A stretch of 64,000 nt of DNA from Octopus vulgaris (GCA_951406725.2 OX597814.1:80104001-80168000), one strand, 5' to 3'; shown: positions 12,812-29,656, numbered from the stretch's first letter. Notes: generated from the letters alone by a model not told the origin. A program made the numbers and translations.

Positions 12812-13524
12812 CACACTCACACACACATGTATATATGTATCGTATAGCGAAAAAGACATAATAGGAATTGAGATTCATTAGAAGTCCAACATCGACTGCT
12901 GCAACAAATATCGATGATTATAAGGACTGTCTTTGATTATTGGCTTTCCCTAAGTGTACACGGCTGATGGAACTCGAAGTGATGACACTCGATCAGTAGG
13001 CCAGAACTTTAGAAGACTAGACCCAGCTGTAGCTCACAAATGTATTCGTTAATGACAATATATAAATACAGTGTGAGCGAAATCATTACCTAAACGAGCA
13101 ACAAAATAATGGACTAAAATTTTCGTATATTAATAAATAAACGTGACATCATTAAAAAAAATCCCTCGTAAAAGCAACATAGACAAAATTTTATGGTTTT
13201 AAATAATTATGCACAAATATCCAATTACCATATTCATGGTCTAGTTGAATATAGATATTCTTTTTTGTTGTTGGTGGTGGTGTTTCTTTTTTTTATATTT
13301 CGATATATTTTTGCTGTTGTTATTGTTGTATTTGTTCTTGCTGTATCTCGGGAGGTGGGTAATTTAGTAAGTTTATGGACGAAGCAATAAAAATATTGGT
13401 TACATATATTCATTGCTTATGATTTCAATGGCTGAATGCCAGACATTTTGTTTTTTAACTTTTTGATTTTTTTTTAAGGGTAGGTTCAGAGTTAATACAT
13501 AATAAACATCGCTATATCTGTTTA

Positions 13525-13687
13525 AAGGCAGTGAAGTAGCAGAATAGATAGTACGCGATAGCTATAAAATAAAAAAAGTGTCATGAGGTATTTAGTCACA
13601 CCCATTTGAGTTCAAATCCCACAGAGGTCATCAATTTTACTTTTCATTTTCTGTAGCCAATAAAATGAGTATCATGCAACTACTGGA
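13525..13687 (+). mobile_element. SINE family A, highly degenerate
   Basis: aaggcagtgaagtagcagaat head, gagttcaaatccc B-box-like motif and taaaatgagtatc. Confidence 0.5.
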
Positions 13688-14084
13688 GCACCCATACGAT
13701 TTCACATATATACACACTGCATTATAAAAATATATATATATGTGTGTGTGTTCGTGTTTATGTGTTGTGAGAGAGTTTCAACCGATTTTGGCAAAAAATT
13801 TCTAACCACTTGGTATTAATGAATGCTAAATTAAATCGACAGGGAATGGTTAGTTTATATAAAAGGAGAATTTAAAAAGATTAATAAACTCACGAACTAT
13901 ATTGTAATTGATTAAATAAAAAGTTTCTGTTTTTTTTTATTACCGATTGTTCTAATAGGCATTTTATAGAGATAATAACTGAATTAATTATTTGCCATTT
14001 GCTCTAGCATTTAATAACTATTTTTTACCCAAAACTTTCGGAACGCCTCTTATATATACATATGCATGTATATATGTACAAATG

Positions 14085-14186
14085 TATGTACGTATGTATG
14101 TATGTATGTATGTATGTATGTATGTATGTATGTGTGTGTGTGTATGTGTGTATGTATGTATGTATGTATGTATGTATGTATGTATG

Positions 14187-14215
<29 letters not shown>
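14085..14215. repeat. (TATG)n microsatellite
   Basis: Directly visible. Confidence 0.95.
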
Positions 14216-14218
<3 letters not shown>

Positions 14219-15585
14219 AACTCAAGTATAAACCAGAAAGAAAAAGAAGTGCGCTTAATGCTGAAAATAGAGTTAAGATCATATCTATTAATAGCAGGAA
14301 CTTTACAGCTCGTTTCTTAAGCTTCTTGGTTCCGATACTGCCACGATTAGAAAAACTGGAGCATAGAAAGATCTTAAAAAGACTTACAATTGTGTATAAG
14401 ACTAGTTAGGTAAGTTTTTGATTAGATAAAAGTGAAGCGCTTTTCATCTTTAACTGAAAGCTAAAAGCATTATGAGAACTTAATCTGTGTGATAGATTCT
14501 TGTCTTCACTGCATTCAAATGTGTCCACGATATAGATTCTTTAACAATGGCCACCAGGTGGAGTTGTGGTGGGATCTTTATAAGATACTCAAAGTAGGCG
14601 CGATAAACAGCCTATCAAAGTAGCTTTCGTGTGAGTAATACACTTAGACAGAACGAGTTCGTGAAGTACGAGTTTGCCTTCATAGATTTTACAGAAGATT
14701 AGAAATTAACCTTTTATAGAAGAGCAAACTCTATATTTCTACGAAAGCTGGTTCATTCCATTAATGACATTGCGCAACTGGTTCATGATAGTAACTGTCT
14801 GGTAGTATTCCAGATATCAGGTACCCGAAAACGTAGTCCACGCTTGATACCATAATGGCAGCTTCATCAAAGAGACGGATTCTAGGAGAACGTGTCTCTC
14901 AAATATTGACCACACTTGTTCACCATCTAAGGGATATCTGCAGTTACTTCAGGCTCAACGCTTGCCTATGCATCATCAGCCACGGTATCGTTGGTGCTGA
15001 ATGCTAAAAGTGTTGGAAGTAGATGGATGTTATGACCACGAAAACTTGACCATTTCATAAGAAGTGAAACAGGAGACAGTCCAGTATGATACAAGTGTCT
15101 GTCGAAGATAAAATATGGAGGCGATACAAACAATTTGCCTTCCGTCCAAGATTTCAGGTTTAGCTTCAGCTCAGTCTATTTCGCGCAAGATTGGACACAC
15201 TACTAACCTCATAGCATTTTTCTTTCTATCTTGAAATCTTGAAATCTTGAAATCTTGGAATAAACAAATACCCAAGTATCTTAACCGGGTATCTTAATCC
15301 ATGGACAAGCAACACCATTTCCGCTGGCTGTTATAGACATGCATCTTCAAACTAACTTGTTTAAAACGTGCGTTTCTTACCATTTTGTATTGCTTCATTA
15401 TGGCGCCGGTTGCCTAAATTTCTTTGGTGTCTGCCATCGTGCCGCTGAGGACTTCTGCGGATGCCGGCATAATCTTTCTGTCACTCGTAAGAATTCCAGC
15501 TATCATAACAACGACTCAAGAACCAAAATCTATAAAAACAATGCACACTTACATACACGCTTTCGTGTTGGTTGTTTCATCATAT

Positions 15586-15751
15586 AGGCGTGGGAGTGCC
15601 CGTGTGGTAAGTAGCTTGCTTACGAACTACATGGTTCTGGGTTCAGTCCCACTGCGTGGCACCTTGGGCAAGTGTCTTCTACTATAGTCTCGGGCCGACC
15701 AAAGCCTTGTGAGTGGATTTGGTAGACGGAAACTGAAAGAAGCCCGTCGTA

Positions 15752-15798
<47 letters not shown>

Positions 15799-16025
15799 GT
15801 GTGTGTGTATATGTTTGTGTGTCTGTGTTTGTCCCCACAACATTGCTTGACAAACGATGCTGGTGTGTTTACGTCCCCGTAGCTTAGCGGTTCGGCGAAA
15901 GAGACTGATAGAATAAGTACTAGGCTTACAAAGAATAAGTCCTGGGGTCGATTTGGTCGATCACAGGCGGTGCATCAGCATGGCCGCAGTCAAATGACTG
16001 AAACAAGTAAAAGTGTAAAGAGAGT
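15586..16025 (+). mobile_element. tRNA-derived SINE, family B, near full length
   Basis: tRNA-like head (gtggtaagtagcttg...gggttcagtccc), CORE-like accttgggcaagtgtctt, internal TA/TG tract and tail aatgactgaaacaagtaaaag. Several homologues occur in the window. Confidence 0.9.
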
Positions 16026-17340
16026 CTATAATATTTTAAAGACCCATATTTTACTGGATTACAGCCACATATAGGTCTACAACGCTCTCTAAATATCCAT
16101 GGTTGAATATCCATCTTCGAGTGCTACACAAAGTATAAGTAAATATCTATTGAGTAATCTCTCATGTTTTGTTTCCTACATATTATCTGTATAACTCCCA
16201 AATCTGGATTTCATAAGGAAGTGAAGTATTACGATATGCACATGGAGTCCGAAATACTGGTTATTTGTCATGCCGCTTCAGATTTCAGTTATACCGGAAG
16301 AATATAGAAAAACGTTACTTAAATATTCAGTAACAAGAGCCAAATGTTCAAAAACTACTTCAGCCGTAGATTTTATGTCAGGGAGCCTATTCCAAAGTTT
16401 TTCCCTATAAAAGTATACCTATCAGTCAACAGGAGATTGATTTTGGGTTTTCCTTCTCCGAGTGGTTTAATGTATACGCAAATATGAACTTAGCTATTTC
16501 AATGCCCGCGCATGTGTGTGTGTGTGTATGTATATATAAACCGTTTAATCCACACACTTCTGACCCATTTAAAGCTCCTATAGCTATGTCAAACAAATTC
16601 TTTTTGTTTTTATTATTTTACTATCCAAGTTGCATTTTCGACAAAGAAAAGTTTCTCGAGTGTAGAATGATCTAATATCTGAATTGATGATGGGTGCCAT
16701 AGGATAATCGAAATCTAAAGCTTCAAGTAGGAATAAAGATCCACAATATCATACTGAAAGCATGTATGATTCTTATTCACAATTGTAACATTTAATCTAG
16801 TACAACTTGCACTTTCGGGCGGGATGGCATACATACGTGCATACATACGAGCATAAACACAGATACACGCACATACGTACACACATGCACATACACACAC
16901 ATACACACACATATATACAATCATAAATAAGTAGGTCCAAATATATAGATACATGCATAAATATATATAAATATATATATAGAGAGAGAGAGGGAGAGAG
17001 AGAGACGTAGCTAAATTTATATACATATTTATATGGGTACGTTTGCTAGGAGCACGTATGTGTAAATAAATAGTCATCTATCTATATTTATGTGTGTGCA
17101 TGTAGATAGACAGATAGATAGACAGATACATACATACATACATACATACATATATTCATGTATGTATGTATATGTATATATTATACATACAGGCACATAT
17201 GCATGTAAACCAAGGTACATATATATTTCGTTAGCAAATGACAAAAATGCTTTCTTATATGTAACATGTATACGTGAGAATATATGTGCACAGCTTGTTC
17301 TAACTTATTTGATATGACAATGAAAAGACTGAAAGTGAGC

Positions 17341-18562
<1,222 letters not shown>

Positions 18563-20769
18563 TTCTATTCCCCACCCCTAATGTAAAGCTCTTACTTTTT
18601 ATTTTCTGAGTAACAACAATTTCTGAGCAACAAGCAATTTCCTTCGTGACTCTGTATTACACCTTTGTCAATGTTTCAATCATTTAATTTTGTATGAACT
18701 GTAAAATATTGCTTCATCGCAAAACCCAAATTCCACAGACCTTTGTACTATTAGTGTTCAAACATAATCAGCTTGATACTGTGTGACAAGTATATAACAT
18801 TGAATTGCAGGTACCTTTCCCGCTGATGGCCTTCTGTACAATTTCTGTCGACCCTTATTTGGTAGGAAACATTAACCGAAGTTGTCACTCCTTCAGATTA
18901 ACCCGGGATCTCCTGTTTCAGATGCTACCTACTTATTTCATTTAATGACTATGTCTGAAATATAATTGACCCTTCGCATGGCCACTCGATTTGCTATACA
19001 TAATAGCCAAATCCTTATTCCTAAACCTGCTGTCCTAAAACAAGGATAATTCGTAAATTCTCTCAAAAGAGCTTCAGGAAAGAATGCGACGCACATTTTA
19101 ATCTCTTAAAACTTTATACTTGCCATATTGAAGGAAATTATTGTTGGCAGGCTGATTCATAGATATCAATCGCCAACTAACATGCTTCTTTTGCGTTCAA
19201 AAGAAGAAAAGATGTTGTTACTTTTCTAAATGTTCGAAGCAGTAAGATTTAAATTTGTGAACACAGTAGTTGAAGATAAGTGAATTAATATCCTTCATTG
19301 AGCAAGAGGTGATTGACACGTGCAATATATTCCATGATCAGCCACATTTAAGAAAATGTAAGGTTGATTGATTTATCAGTTATTCCATAGAGGAAAGCTC
19401 CGTAAATATCTAGGTTGCAAAACACGATAAATCTTAACTGGAAGAAAAAAAATATCGAGAAAAATTGTCGCCTGCTTTGAAGGCCTTCCTGATATGAATG
19501 GTCGCACTGTTGAAAGATAATTTATCTGATGATATAATATATCGCTCTAATGTGAAATGTCTCACGGCTGCAAGATATAATTTATATAATGATAACATAT
19601 AGTTCTAATGTGAAATATGGTCTCATGGTTCCATGAGTTCATTTATTTTGGAATAAGTAAGACTGAAGGATACACAGGTTGTGAAAGAAAAGAAATCTAG
19701 AGCAACGTAGTTTTTGATAAGGATGTATACATTGTTCGTAGTTTGTGCATTCATCTTCAAACTGTTTTAATGAAAAGAAATAGAAAGATATGTGTGATGT
19801 GTAGGTAAGTTTTGTGTGAAGATATAACTATGACGTAAAAAGGAATCTAAAGGAATTCACAATTCAGAAATAACAAAAGATTGAAATATTCACAATGGAA
19901 TATATTTAACAAATAATACGACTTTCTATTTCATTTTTGTATATAGCCTGATATGAAGGTCGTAAAGAAGAGAGTTATTAACCCAAATTTTAGAAAAGTA
20001 CTTCCTTTTGAGTTATGTTGGATCTAATTCAGTGAGTAAATTTTATTCGAGAAAGTTTTCCTGTTTTGCTTATCGATTCAGCTGTATTGATTAAAAGTTG
20101 TGAACTAAAAAGCTTTATTGACTGTCACAGAACATCCATGTGAAGTTAGTATTGTCTTTAGCCCTTAATTAAGCACAGGTCCAGAACACTTATACTCAAA
20201 GGCGTTCCTTCAATGACAAAATCTTTCATGTAATGGTTTGTTTAGCCAGTATTTTCAGAGTTCCAGTTATTTCCATACTGATGTGTAGAGGGTGTCTAAC
20301 AGGAATGAAAATGAAACTATAAACAAAATTCAAAATTTATACACTTTTAACACATATTAAACATGATAAACATAAATAAAAGTGAGTTTTAAAAAAGATG
20401 CATTTGATTTCACACAAATAATCATTAATTTTTGTTCGATTAAACGAGGGAGGGAGCACAGAAATAGGGACTAATTGCAGGTAGCGAGCGTAGCTTCAAG
20501 AAGTGGTTACACGGTCAAATTCGAAATTTTAATGCTCTTCTCATTTCCTCTGCCAAACTGGACAAAAAATATTTCATGAAATATTATACACTACTTATAA
20601 CGCATAAGTAACGTCAATATTTTATGGTCGGAAAATGGCCTAAAACAAAGATATGATCTAGTGCAGTATACTCAAATCTGATTGATCACATAGTCTCTGT
20701 TCCGTGAGTTGAAACAATCCCTTTTCCTTCCAGTGATCATACATCCGTTGTCGGTAACCCCTAGTTTGA

Positions 20770-22271
20770 ACTCCATTTTCATCTACTCTTTTTTGCTATT
20801 TAATAATACCCACTCCATACCGAAGTGTTGCTATCGCCCACCTATTAACCGCTTAGATTTTATTTCATCTAGTCAATTTTGACCGCAACACCAACCTCAG
20901 TCTTCGGAAATACCTCATCCTCAGTTGCTCTTTCAATTCTTTTTCCATTATCTCGTTGCACTCTAGTACACCAAGGTATTTGTATCCTACCGCTTCAATT
21001 TGCTTAATCAAGTCTCTATTCAGTAATTGTATCCCTGCTAGGGACTGTAACTTGCCTCTTTTTAGATAGATTACTCCGAAATTCCTGAGTCCAAATTTCA
21101 TTCTAATATCAGTACTAAAACAGTGGACTGTGTTTATCAAGGAACTCATTTGTGTCTCATCATTGCCGGACAGTTTCAAATTACCCATGAAGAGGAGGTG
21201 GTTAGTTGTTTGGGACCCCAGGTTTATTTTTACTGAGTATCAAGGTCAGGGTATCAAGGGAAAAGCAACGGAGATAGGCTGTCACCCTGGAAAATCCCTC
21301 TTCTGATATCCAGGATGCCCAAGCTTTTTTTGTAAACTGTCAGTTCAGTTTTCCATCACACCATACTTCTCTTCAGGAAACACGTTACATTCCTCACAAT
21401 TCCAAACAGATCTAAGCACTCGGTGATCCACGAATGTGGAATCACATCATAAGCTTTGCGATAATCAATCCAGGTCATTCCCAGATTTGTTCTCCTTCGT
21501 TTACAACCTTTCGTTACCATTTTGTCTATCAATAGTTGTTTTTTTGGTACCTCTGCATCTCCTTCTACAACCTTTTGTTCCAGTGGTAATATATCGTTCT
21601 CATCAAGAAATTTATACAGTTCTTCTGCAATTCCTCCTGAGAATAACTTCCACATTAACGGAAGGCAGAAAATTGGTCTGTAATTGTCAGCAGCATTTCC
21701 CTCTGATGCGTCCTCCAGGCACAACACCGTTTGTCCTTTTGTCAACCAGCCCGAGATTTCATCTTCTCCATTGACCGATGCATTAAATTGTTCTGCGATC
21801 AATTTATGGCAACTACTGAACTTTTTATCCAAAATCCCTGTACACCATCAGGCCCTGCTGCTTTCCATTTGCTTATCTTTTTACTCATATTTCTGATACT
21901 GTCTTCTGTGAAGTGGATAACATCCTGCTGGGGATAAGAAGCTGTTTGCTTCAGACTGCAGAGCGATACAGCTGTAGTATTATGTTGTTCCTGCTTACTC
22001 CATATCATACCCACAAAATGTTGACTTTCATCAGCAACAGGGACTAAATCTTTCACATTTTTTTATCGTCATTAATCTCTTGATAAAATATTTTTGGGTC
22101 GGTTCTAAACAATTTGTTTTGCTGGCATTGCTTAATCCGTTGTTCTAACCTAGTTAACTTTTCCTAATTTCCAATCATTCTTAAGTACTCCATTTCAGTT
22201 CCTGACAAGTATTGACACTACACTGTTCAAGGGGTTTATATCTTCAGAAATTTTTCTTTTCCACCTAGGAA
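20770..22271 (-). mobile_element. R4/Dong-type (RLE) non-LTR retrotransposon, decayed RT region
   Basis: Motifs PRWKRKI, WKAAGPDGVQGFWIK, NYRPIFCLPLMWKL, QLLIDK, WIDYRKAYDVIPHSWI, IRRGIFQGDSLSPLLF, NHLLFMGNLKL and YKYLG, with multiple frameshifts. Confidence 0.9.
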
Positions 22272-22425
<154 letters not shown>

Positions 22426-22876
22426 TTCAGTAGTTTTATTTTTATAGCGTGCTTTCACTTCACTACCGAGCGCAGCTCTGTGTGCCTTGGGTATGTGCTG
22501 TGATTTGTTGTGATGCTCTTATGGTTACTGTATTGAAAGTGTTTTGCGTAGGATGTGTGCAGTGCCAAGTAGTGCAATTTCCTGTATGTTATATATATTT
22601 GTAAGTCCTGGTGTTTTTATTATATATTTGTCTGAATATTTTTTATCATACCTAATGCGCCTACTATGATAGGAATTGTTTCTGTTTTTAGATTCCACAT
22701 TCGAGTTACCTCTATTTCCAGGTCTTTGTATTTTGAAAGTTTCTCCATTTCTTTTAGAGACACGTAGTCATCTACTGGTATTGATACATCAATTAGAAAG
22801 CATTTTTTCTTCATGATCTCTGACAATTATATCGGGCCTATTGGCCTTAATTTCTCTATCTGTGTGTATTGGCAGT
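22426..22876 (-). mobile_element. R4/Dong-type 3' end (restriction-like endonuclease domain and 3' UTR), 5'-truncated
   Basis: TDREIKANRPDIIV...CFLIDVSIP...KEMEKLSKYKDL...TIPIIVGALG is a PD-(D/E)xK RLE signature. Flanked by TAA/TTA repeats. Confidence 0.9.
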
Positions 22877-22880
22877 ATTA

Positions 22881-22956
<76 letters not shown>

Positions 22957-23387
22957 GCTACTATATAAATAATCAGTGTCTTCAAGTGGTTTATAGGCAG
23001 CCAGATGCAATTTATGTCGCATTTCTTTAAAAGCTTTTCAAATATTTATACGTGCATAAACTATCGAACATCATTATAAATATCAAAAATATATATAAAA
23101 TAAAAACGATTTCGTCCCTATAGAGTTTGCCAGTCAGTGAAAGTGTGAATAGCTACAAAATGCTCCAGAAATTATCCATTTTGAACCCACTTAGGTATAT
23201 ACACGTTAACACTGTTAGTTGGTGTTCAAAATGATATGAAAAATCAGTTTACGCTGTTATTTTATAGCAAGAAGGGGGGGAAATGTGAAGAATATATATA
23301 TGCTAGTATTTATGTGTGCATAACTATAAGTATAAATGTATACATACATATCTATACATAAAGACATACATACACACACACATATAT

Positions 23388-23430
<43 letters not shown>

Positions 23431-23576
23431 TAAACAAACCTGTGTGAATGAGCGTTTACAGCGGAACCGGTTGTAGCCTACACGCTCCCCTCATCCTTAT
23501 GGCTTTTTAAATACAAATACACAACTCACGTTACTCAGGTCACTCAATATACATGTGAGTGTCTATGTGTGTGTAT

Positions 23577-23750
23577 CACACGTGATCAAGTGATCGACCA
23601 GACTACCTGATCTTGCTGTACATTGCTGGTCACAATGAACTTTTGCATCGTTTTACCTTTCGAATGATGCTACCCCGCTGGCCAGGTGAGCAGGGCAACA
23701 TTCCACCCTGATCGGAGAGCTAGTCCATCTATAGCTGAATGGACTGGAGC
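23577..23750 (-). mobile_element. SINE group C, 3' fragment
   Basis: cacgtgatcaagtgatcgaccagac...gctggtcacaatg matches 49440-49520. Confidence 0.65.
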
Positions 23751-23759
23751 ATCTAATCT

Positions 23760-25200
23760 GCTCAGGCTTAAGGTTTTCCATAGTGTCAACATAACTGCCG
23801 TTCTCTTATCACATAGTTTCATAGGATCCAGCCTATGAGATGTCTGCATTTAGGGGTCAGTTTAGTGATGTAGTTAATGAAAGACGCACCACTTGACATG
23901 TTTACTCCTCAGTCCTGTATGTCATTAGCACTTTAAATCATTGTATTATCTGGTATCAAATAAGGTGATCAGTGTGTATTCCCTCCATTTTGATGTGTTA
24001 AATCCCATACTGTCTTTAATCGCACCATTGATAAATGAAGTTTAGTTCATTTCGGAGAGTGAAGGCATCTTATAGAGTTTGGAAAGTCGTTGATATTTGT
24101 ACGTCCTTGGCGGGGGTCGTCAGTTTGGTCGAGTGCACTAGAGGGCTTATACCTGAAAGGGTAATGATAAATAATAATGATACTAGAACCGTGCCCTGAG
24201 ATGTACCACTTATTACAGATGACTTTGCAGAGAGAAAACTCTTTGCAGTGGCAGAATGATTCCAACGCGTAAGAAGTTAGAGAGCCATTCTTCATGTTTA
24301 CCAATGATACCATGATGCTAAGTAATTCTATGGTCAATCTTGTCAAACGCTTTAGCAAAATAAAAGTGTATACAGTGACCAATCCTCTGAAGCGATTATT
24401 GAGGATAGTGTTATGGTGCTGTAATAGTTGTGACAGACAACTTCGTCCAGCCCCAAAACTATGTTGTTTATCATTTTATAGGCTGTTTTTCTCATGGTAC
24501 GTAATTATTCATTTTCGGACAATGCGTTCCACAAATTTAGATGTGGGAGACAGGTCTGTAATTTTTATCTTCAGCCCTGCTACATCGTTAGTGTATAGGT
24601 TTTCTATTACATTTTTCAGTATCTGGGAATATGTCGGTATCTAGCGACTTTTAAAATAATATCTTTAATGGTTTGGCTAAGTTGTTTTGAACATTTTTAG
24701 CAATATAGCTGGGAGATCTAGGTCATTAATAGTTACAAGTATATAATCTTCTATAATATTATTAATTTCTAGACGTGTCTCAGCAGTTGAATTCTGGGGA
24801 TCAAAGAAATTGTTTGGATTATGTACTATTTTTTTTTTTTTGGTTATGGGTTGGGAAAATGAGTGTTATATTATGGACTCAAGAGTGCGCATATATGTGA
24901 CGATGAGCATGTTTCCATTTTAGTCCTTGAAAGGGCCTATCTGTTTATTTGTAGCTGATCTTTGTTTGGTAAACTGGAAACTTGATATTAGACTTTATAT
25001 TGTCCTCTGCTTGCTGTTCCTTCAACGAAGTTTCTTTTTCATAAAATATTTCTAGGTTCAGTTCATTACGTTTTTCGCAATTTCATATGTCAAGAGAACT
25101 TGGTTTTCAGTTTTAGTTGTTTTGTTAGTTGGTTCAGTTACGCATTAGTATCATCTCTCTCTTAGAAACTGTATTCCTTCGTTAACATTGAGGTTGCCAA
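23760..25200 (-). mobile_element. CR1/L2-like LINE RT remnant
   Basis: Minus-strand peptides SRAEDKNYRPVS (about 24545-24580), FAKAFDKIDH (about 24330-24360) and SVISGTSQGTVL (about 24183-24220). Heavily decayed, so boundaries are approximate. Confidence 0.6.
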
Positions 25201-25381
25201 TCTGTTGAGACCAGTTTGTTTCGAGTATTTCAGTTTCGATTTCCTTCCCGTTGATCTTCCTGAAATTCAAGTTTATTTGGTGGGGAATCATGTTTGATGT
25301 TATTTGTGTGTTTTTCTATTTGAACGATATATAAATAACTGTATAATATTGTGGTCAGAAATAGCCGTTGGAATGGTCTAA

Positions 25382-25428
<47 letters not shown>

Positions 25429-27449
25429 TAATTAGAAGACAACTACAAACACAAATTTTCACTAATACACATTAATTGAAGTCGTGGGAATGAGCACAAA
25501 TTCTAAGACCCCGTACCAATAACGAAAAAATCGTAAATTGAAAAGCCAGACATACCTGTATCGTCAGGATTTCGAACTTTGTGGAGGTGCCACTTACTTC
25601 TCATCAGCGAGTTTCACTGACCACAAGGATCATAGATCTTGCTCACCTCAACAAATGTGCGCGATGACTGTTTTTATTTCCGCAGCAAATTTTAAAATGT
25701 GATCGGTGTGAATAATAAATTATAAAAATATATATAAGAATATTATTGTTTACAATAATATCAGGTGGTATAGCATTTATAAAAAATACCATAAGGTAAA
25801 AAAATTATTCATTGATAATTATTAATTAATAATTTTTATCTCATGTTTTTTTATGCATGCTATGCCCCTTGATATTATTGTAAACAATGTTATCCTTATA
25901 TGTATCTTTATAATACATATTTACATATATATGTGTGTGTGTGTGCAAGTATATATATACGCACACATGCAGATACAATGTATATATATGTGTGTGTGTG
26001 TGTATATATATACATATATATATAGGCGCGCGTGTGTGTGTGTATGTAAGAATGAATGAAAAAGAGATATATTAAACGCATCACTAATTGATCCGGTGCA
26101 TTGCATAAATGCACACATTTTATGCCCTCTTATTTTGCATATATGCACACGTTTACACACACACGTGTACACACACACGTGTACACATACATAATAAATA
26201 TATTTAAATACATATGTATATATCAACGTATTTACATATGTATGCATGTATTTATACATGAATGTATATCTGCTTCAATAGACGAAGACAACGATCTAGT
26301 GATAGAATGTTACAACTGAAGCTTAAATCTAATGTTGTTCTAAGTATTCATTATCTTGCCATCTAACTGGGTAAGTGGGTACATTTGCTTTACACATACA
26401 ACACATTCACGGAGCTTAAGATATTTGAGAATTACAAGACATTAACAAAAGTTAAGCGCACACTTCATATTCGTCAGTATTCTTACTCACTCTGGAAATT
26501 AAAGTGACGTTATAATGCAGGAAACTCTCACATTATATCCGGTAATTATAAAGCTTAAGAATATTTCTTATTTACTTATTTAATTTAATTTGTGATACAA
26601 GAAAAATATGAGCTTAGATAACTATTTCCGTAACGTGTACAGTAAATACAAAAGAATTGATTTCATGTCACTGTCAATTGCGATTCATTTGCTCCTATTT
26701 TGCGATTCATTTGCTCCTATTTTGCTGAAACAAAACACAATTGAATTTAAATGATATAATGTTGTAGAGTTATAACTTTGAATATGCATCATAGCTGCAC
26801 AAATGATATTTAAAATAAAACACCATGGAATTTAAAGTTTGAAAAATATTGCATAAAGTTGATTGGAAACATCTCGATCATAGTGTTTTCTCCCTTTTGA
26901 GATTACAAAAAGATGGCTGATATCAAGGGAACACTTCGAGGAACCTGATTGTTTAGAAAGATTTGAAAGATTGTAATTTTTCTCAGAAAAAGTACGATAT
27001 TTATATTTTAAACACAGTTTTGAAAGATTTTCGTGCGATTAGAACATAAGTAGGACATGATGTTATCGTTGAGCAGAAACAAACTAATGATGCATCAAGA
27101 ATATAATTTCGTTACACCAAGCCCTTGACTTCTCAATAATTTTTATATAAACTTACGCAAATATCTACAAACAGACATATACTGAAAGGGATGGGAAGGT
27201 ATATCACAACATTGATAATAAACTATCGCTCAAAATTAGCTTCTCAAAATACGTTGCTGGTATATATAATACAAATGGGATGAGATTCACTACAGCTGTT
27301 TCAGACGTGTTTTTTTACATAGATGAACAAATCAATAAAATCGTGTAAAAGATCGTTTTCTTCAAGTGAATTAATATCAAAATAAAATTTAGCATTTAGG
27401 ATTTTTCACACAAATAGTATATGATGCATATTACTCTCAGTGAGAAATT

Positions 27450-27834
<385 letters not shown>

Positions 27835-28759
27835 CACTGAGCTACAAAAAGTTCAGATTTTCTGGTCGAAGCACTCCTATCCCATCTATATATTCTTTTA
27901 CACAGTATCTCTCCTGTTCTCTATATTGTTCTACTCCTCTCTACTTTCCTTTGTCTTTAATATATTTCTATCCAATTATAGATCTTATGAAAAAGAGACA
28001 TATACATACATACATACATACATTCATACATACATACATACATATATACATACATACATACATACATACATACATACATAAATTTATAATTATGTATATG
28101 TGTGTTATTTCAGAGGTCGTACAAAATACAGTAGAATAGCTTAGTAGGTTAGTAGTTCGACATAACTACATATTTTATACAACATGGCTATTCTAATTGC
28201 TATGGTACATTAATGAATATCTCCTTACATCTCATTATATATCTCTCTTTTCTCTTTCCCCTTCAACTTCTATTGCTTTCCTTTACACACACACACACAC
28301 ACACACGCGCGGACACACACACATACACACACACAAACATACACACAAACACACGCACTAACACCGATACACGCATACGCGGACACATTAGGTTCTTCTC
28401 TCGGCCTTTCTCACTTACTCATTTAGGTAATTTAGCAATTCAGACGGAAGTGAATATTTTCAGCTGCATTCTGGTATCCATTTCCGAAGTACAATGACAT
28501 GAATTAAAGTAATAACTTCCATCATAAACGCTTAGTTCATATCCTGCTTAAATATATCAGACATAACTAACGTCCACAGAATCAGAACTTGGAGCTACAG
28601 AACAAACCAAAAATAAAGAAAACAAAAACATAAGAAAAAAATGGGTATATAAATCACCAGATTACAATATCGCTGGTATGGTGGTAGGGTAGACATGATG
28701 AATGTAGGTAATTTAGTGTTTTACACATGTACGTACACACACATGTACATATAGCATAA

Positions 28760-28830
<71 letters not shown>

Positions 28831-29017
28831 GTATATGTATATATATATAAAGAGAAAGCGAGAGAGAGAGAGATAGAATGATAGATAGATAGATAATAGA
28901 AAGAAAGAAAGAAAGAAAGAAAGACGCACACACCACTTGTGAGGCAACGATGGGAGTCATAAACAGAAAAAGACACGCAGACACACTCACACGCACTCAC
29001 ACACACTCACACACACT

Positions 29018-29126
<109 letters not shown>

Positions 29127-29314
29127 TTACTGTTAACAAAAGTCGGAATACGTGGGGTTACTAATAAATAAAAAAATTCATTAAATGGTAAAAACGTACA
29201 CAGGTATGAGACTGTGTATTAGTATTTCGATCTACGTTTTGTAGTTTTTAATGCATTTTCATTTATATATATATATATTATATTATATTATATTATATTA
29301 TATTATATTATATT

Positions 29315-29500
29315 TTACTTATTTCAGTCATTAGACTGTGGCCATGCTTGGACACTGCCTTGAAAAATCTTTCGGTCGAATGAATCAACCCCCATACTCC
29401 ATTTTTCTGCTAAGCCTGATACTTATTATACCGGATAATTTGCCGAAGCGCGAAGTTATGAGAAGATTACACCGGTTGTTAAGCAGTGGTAGGGGACAAA
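29315..29500 (-). mobile_element. SINE family B, 3' fragment
   Basis: tttacttatttcagtcattagactgtggccatgct is the reverse complement of the family-B tail. Confidence 0.65.
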
Positions 29501-29519
29501 AAAAGATACACACACATAC

Positions 29520-29554
<35 letters not shown>

Positions 29555-29600
29555 TGTATGTATGTATGTATGTATGTATGTATGTATGTATGTATGTATG

Positions 29601-29656
<56 letters not shown>

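Noticed and set aside
27286-27327. Minus-strand GAAAC-agct-GTA-gtgaa half-hammerhead
   Set aside because: The 3' half matches family 3 style, but the CUGANGA box and stem II are absent. At best it is a dead relic.
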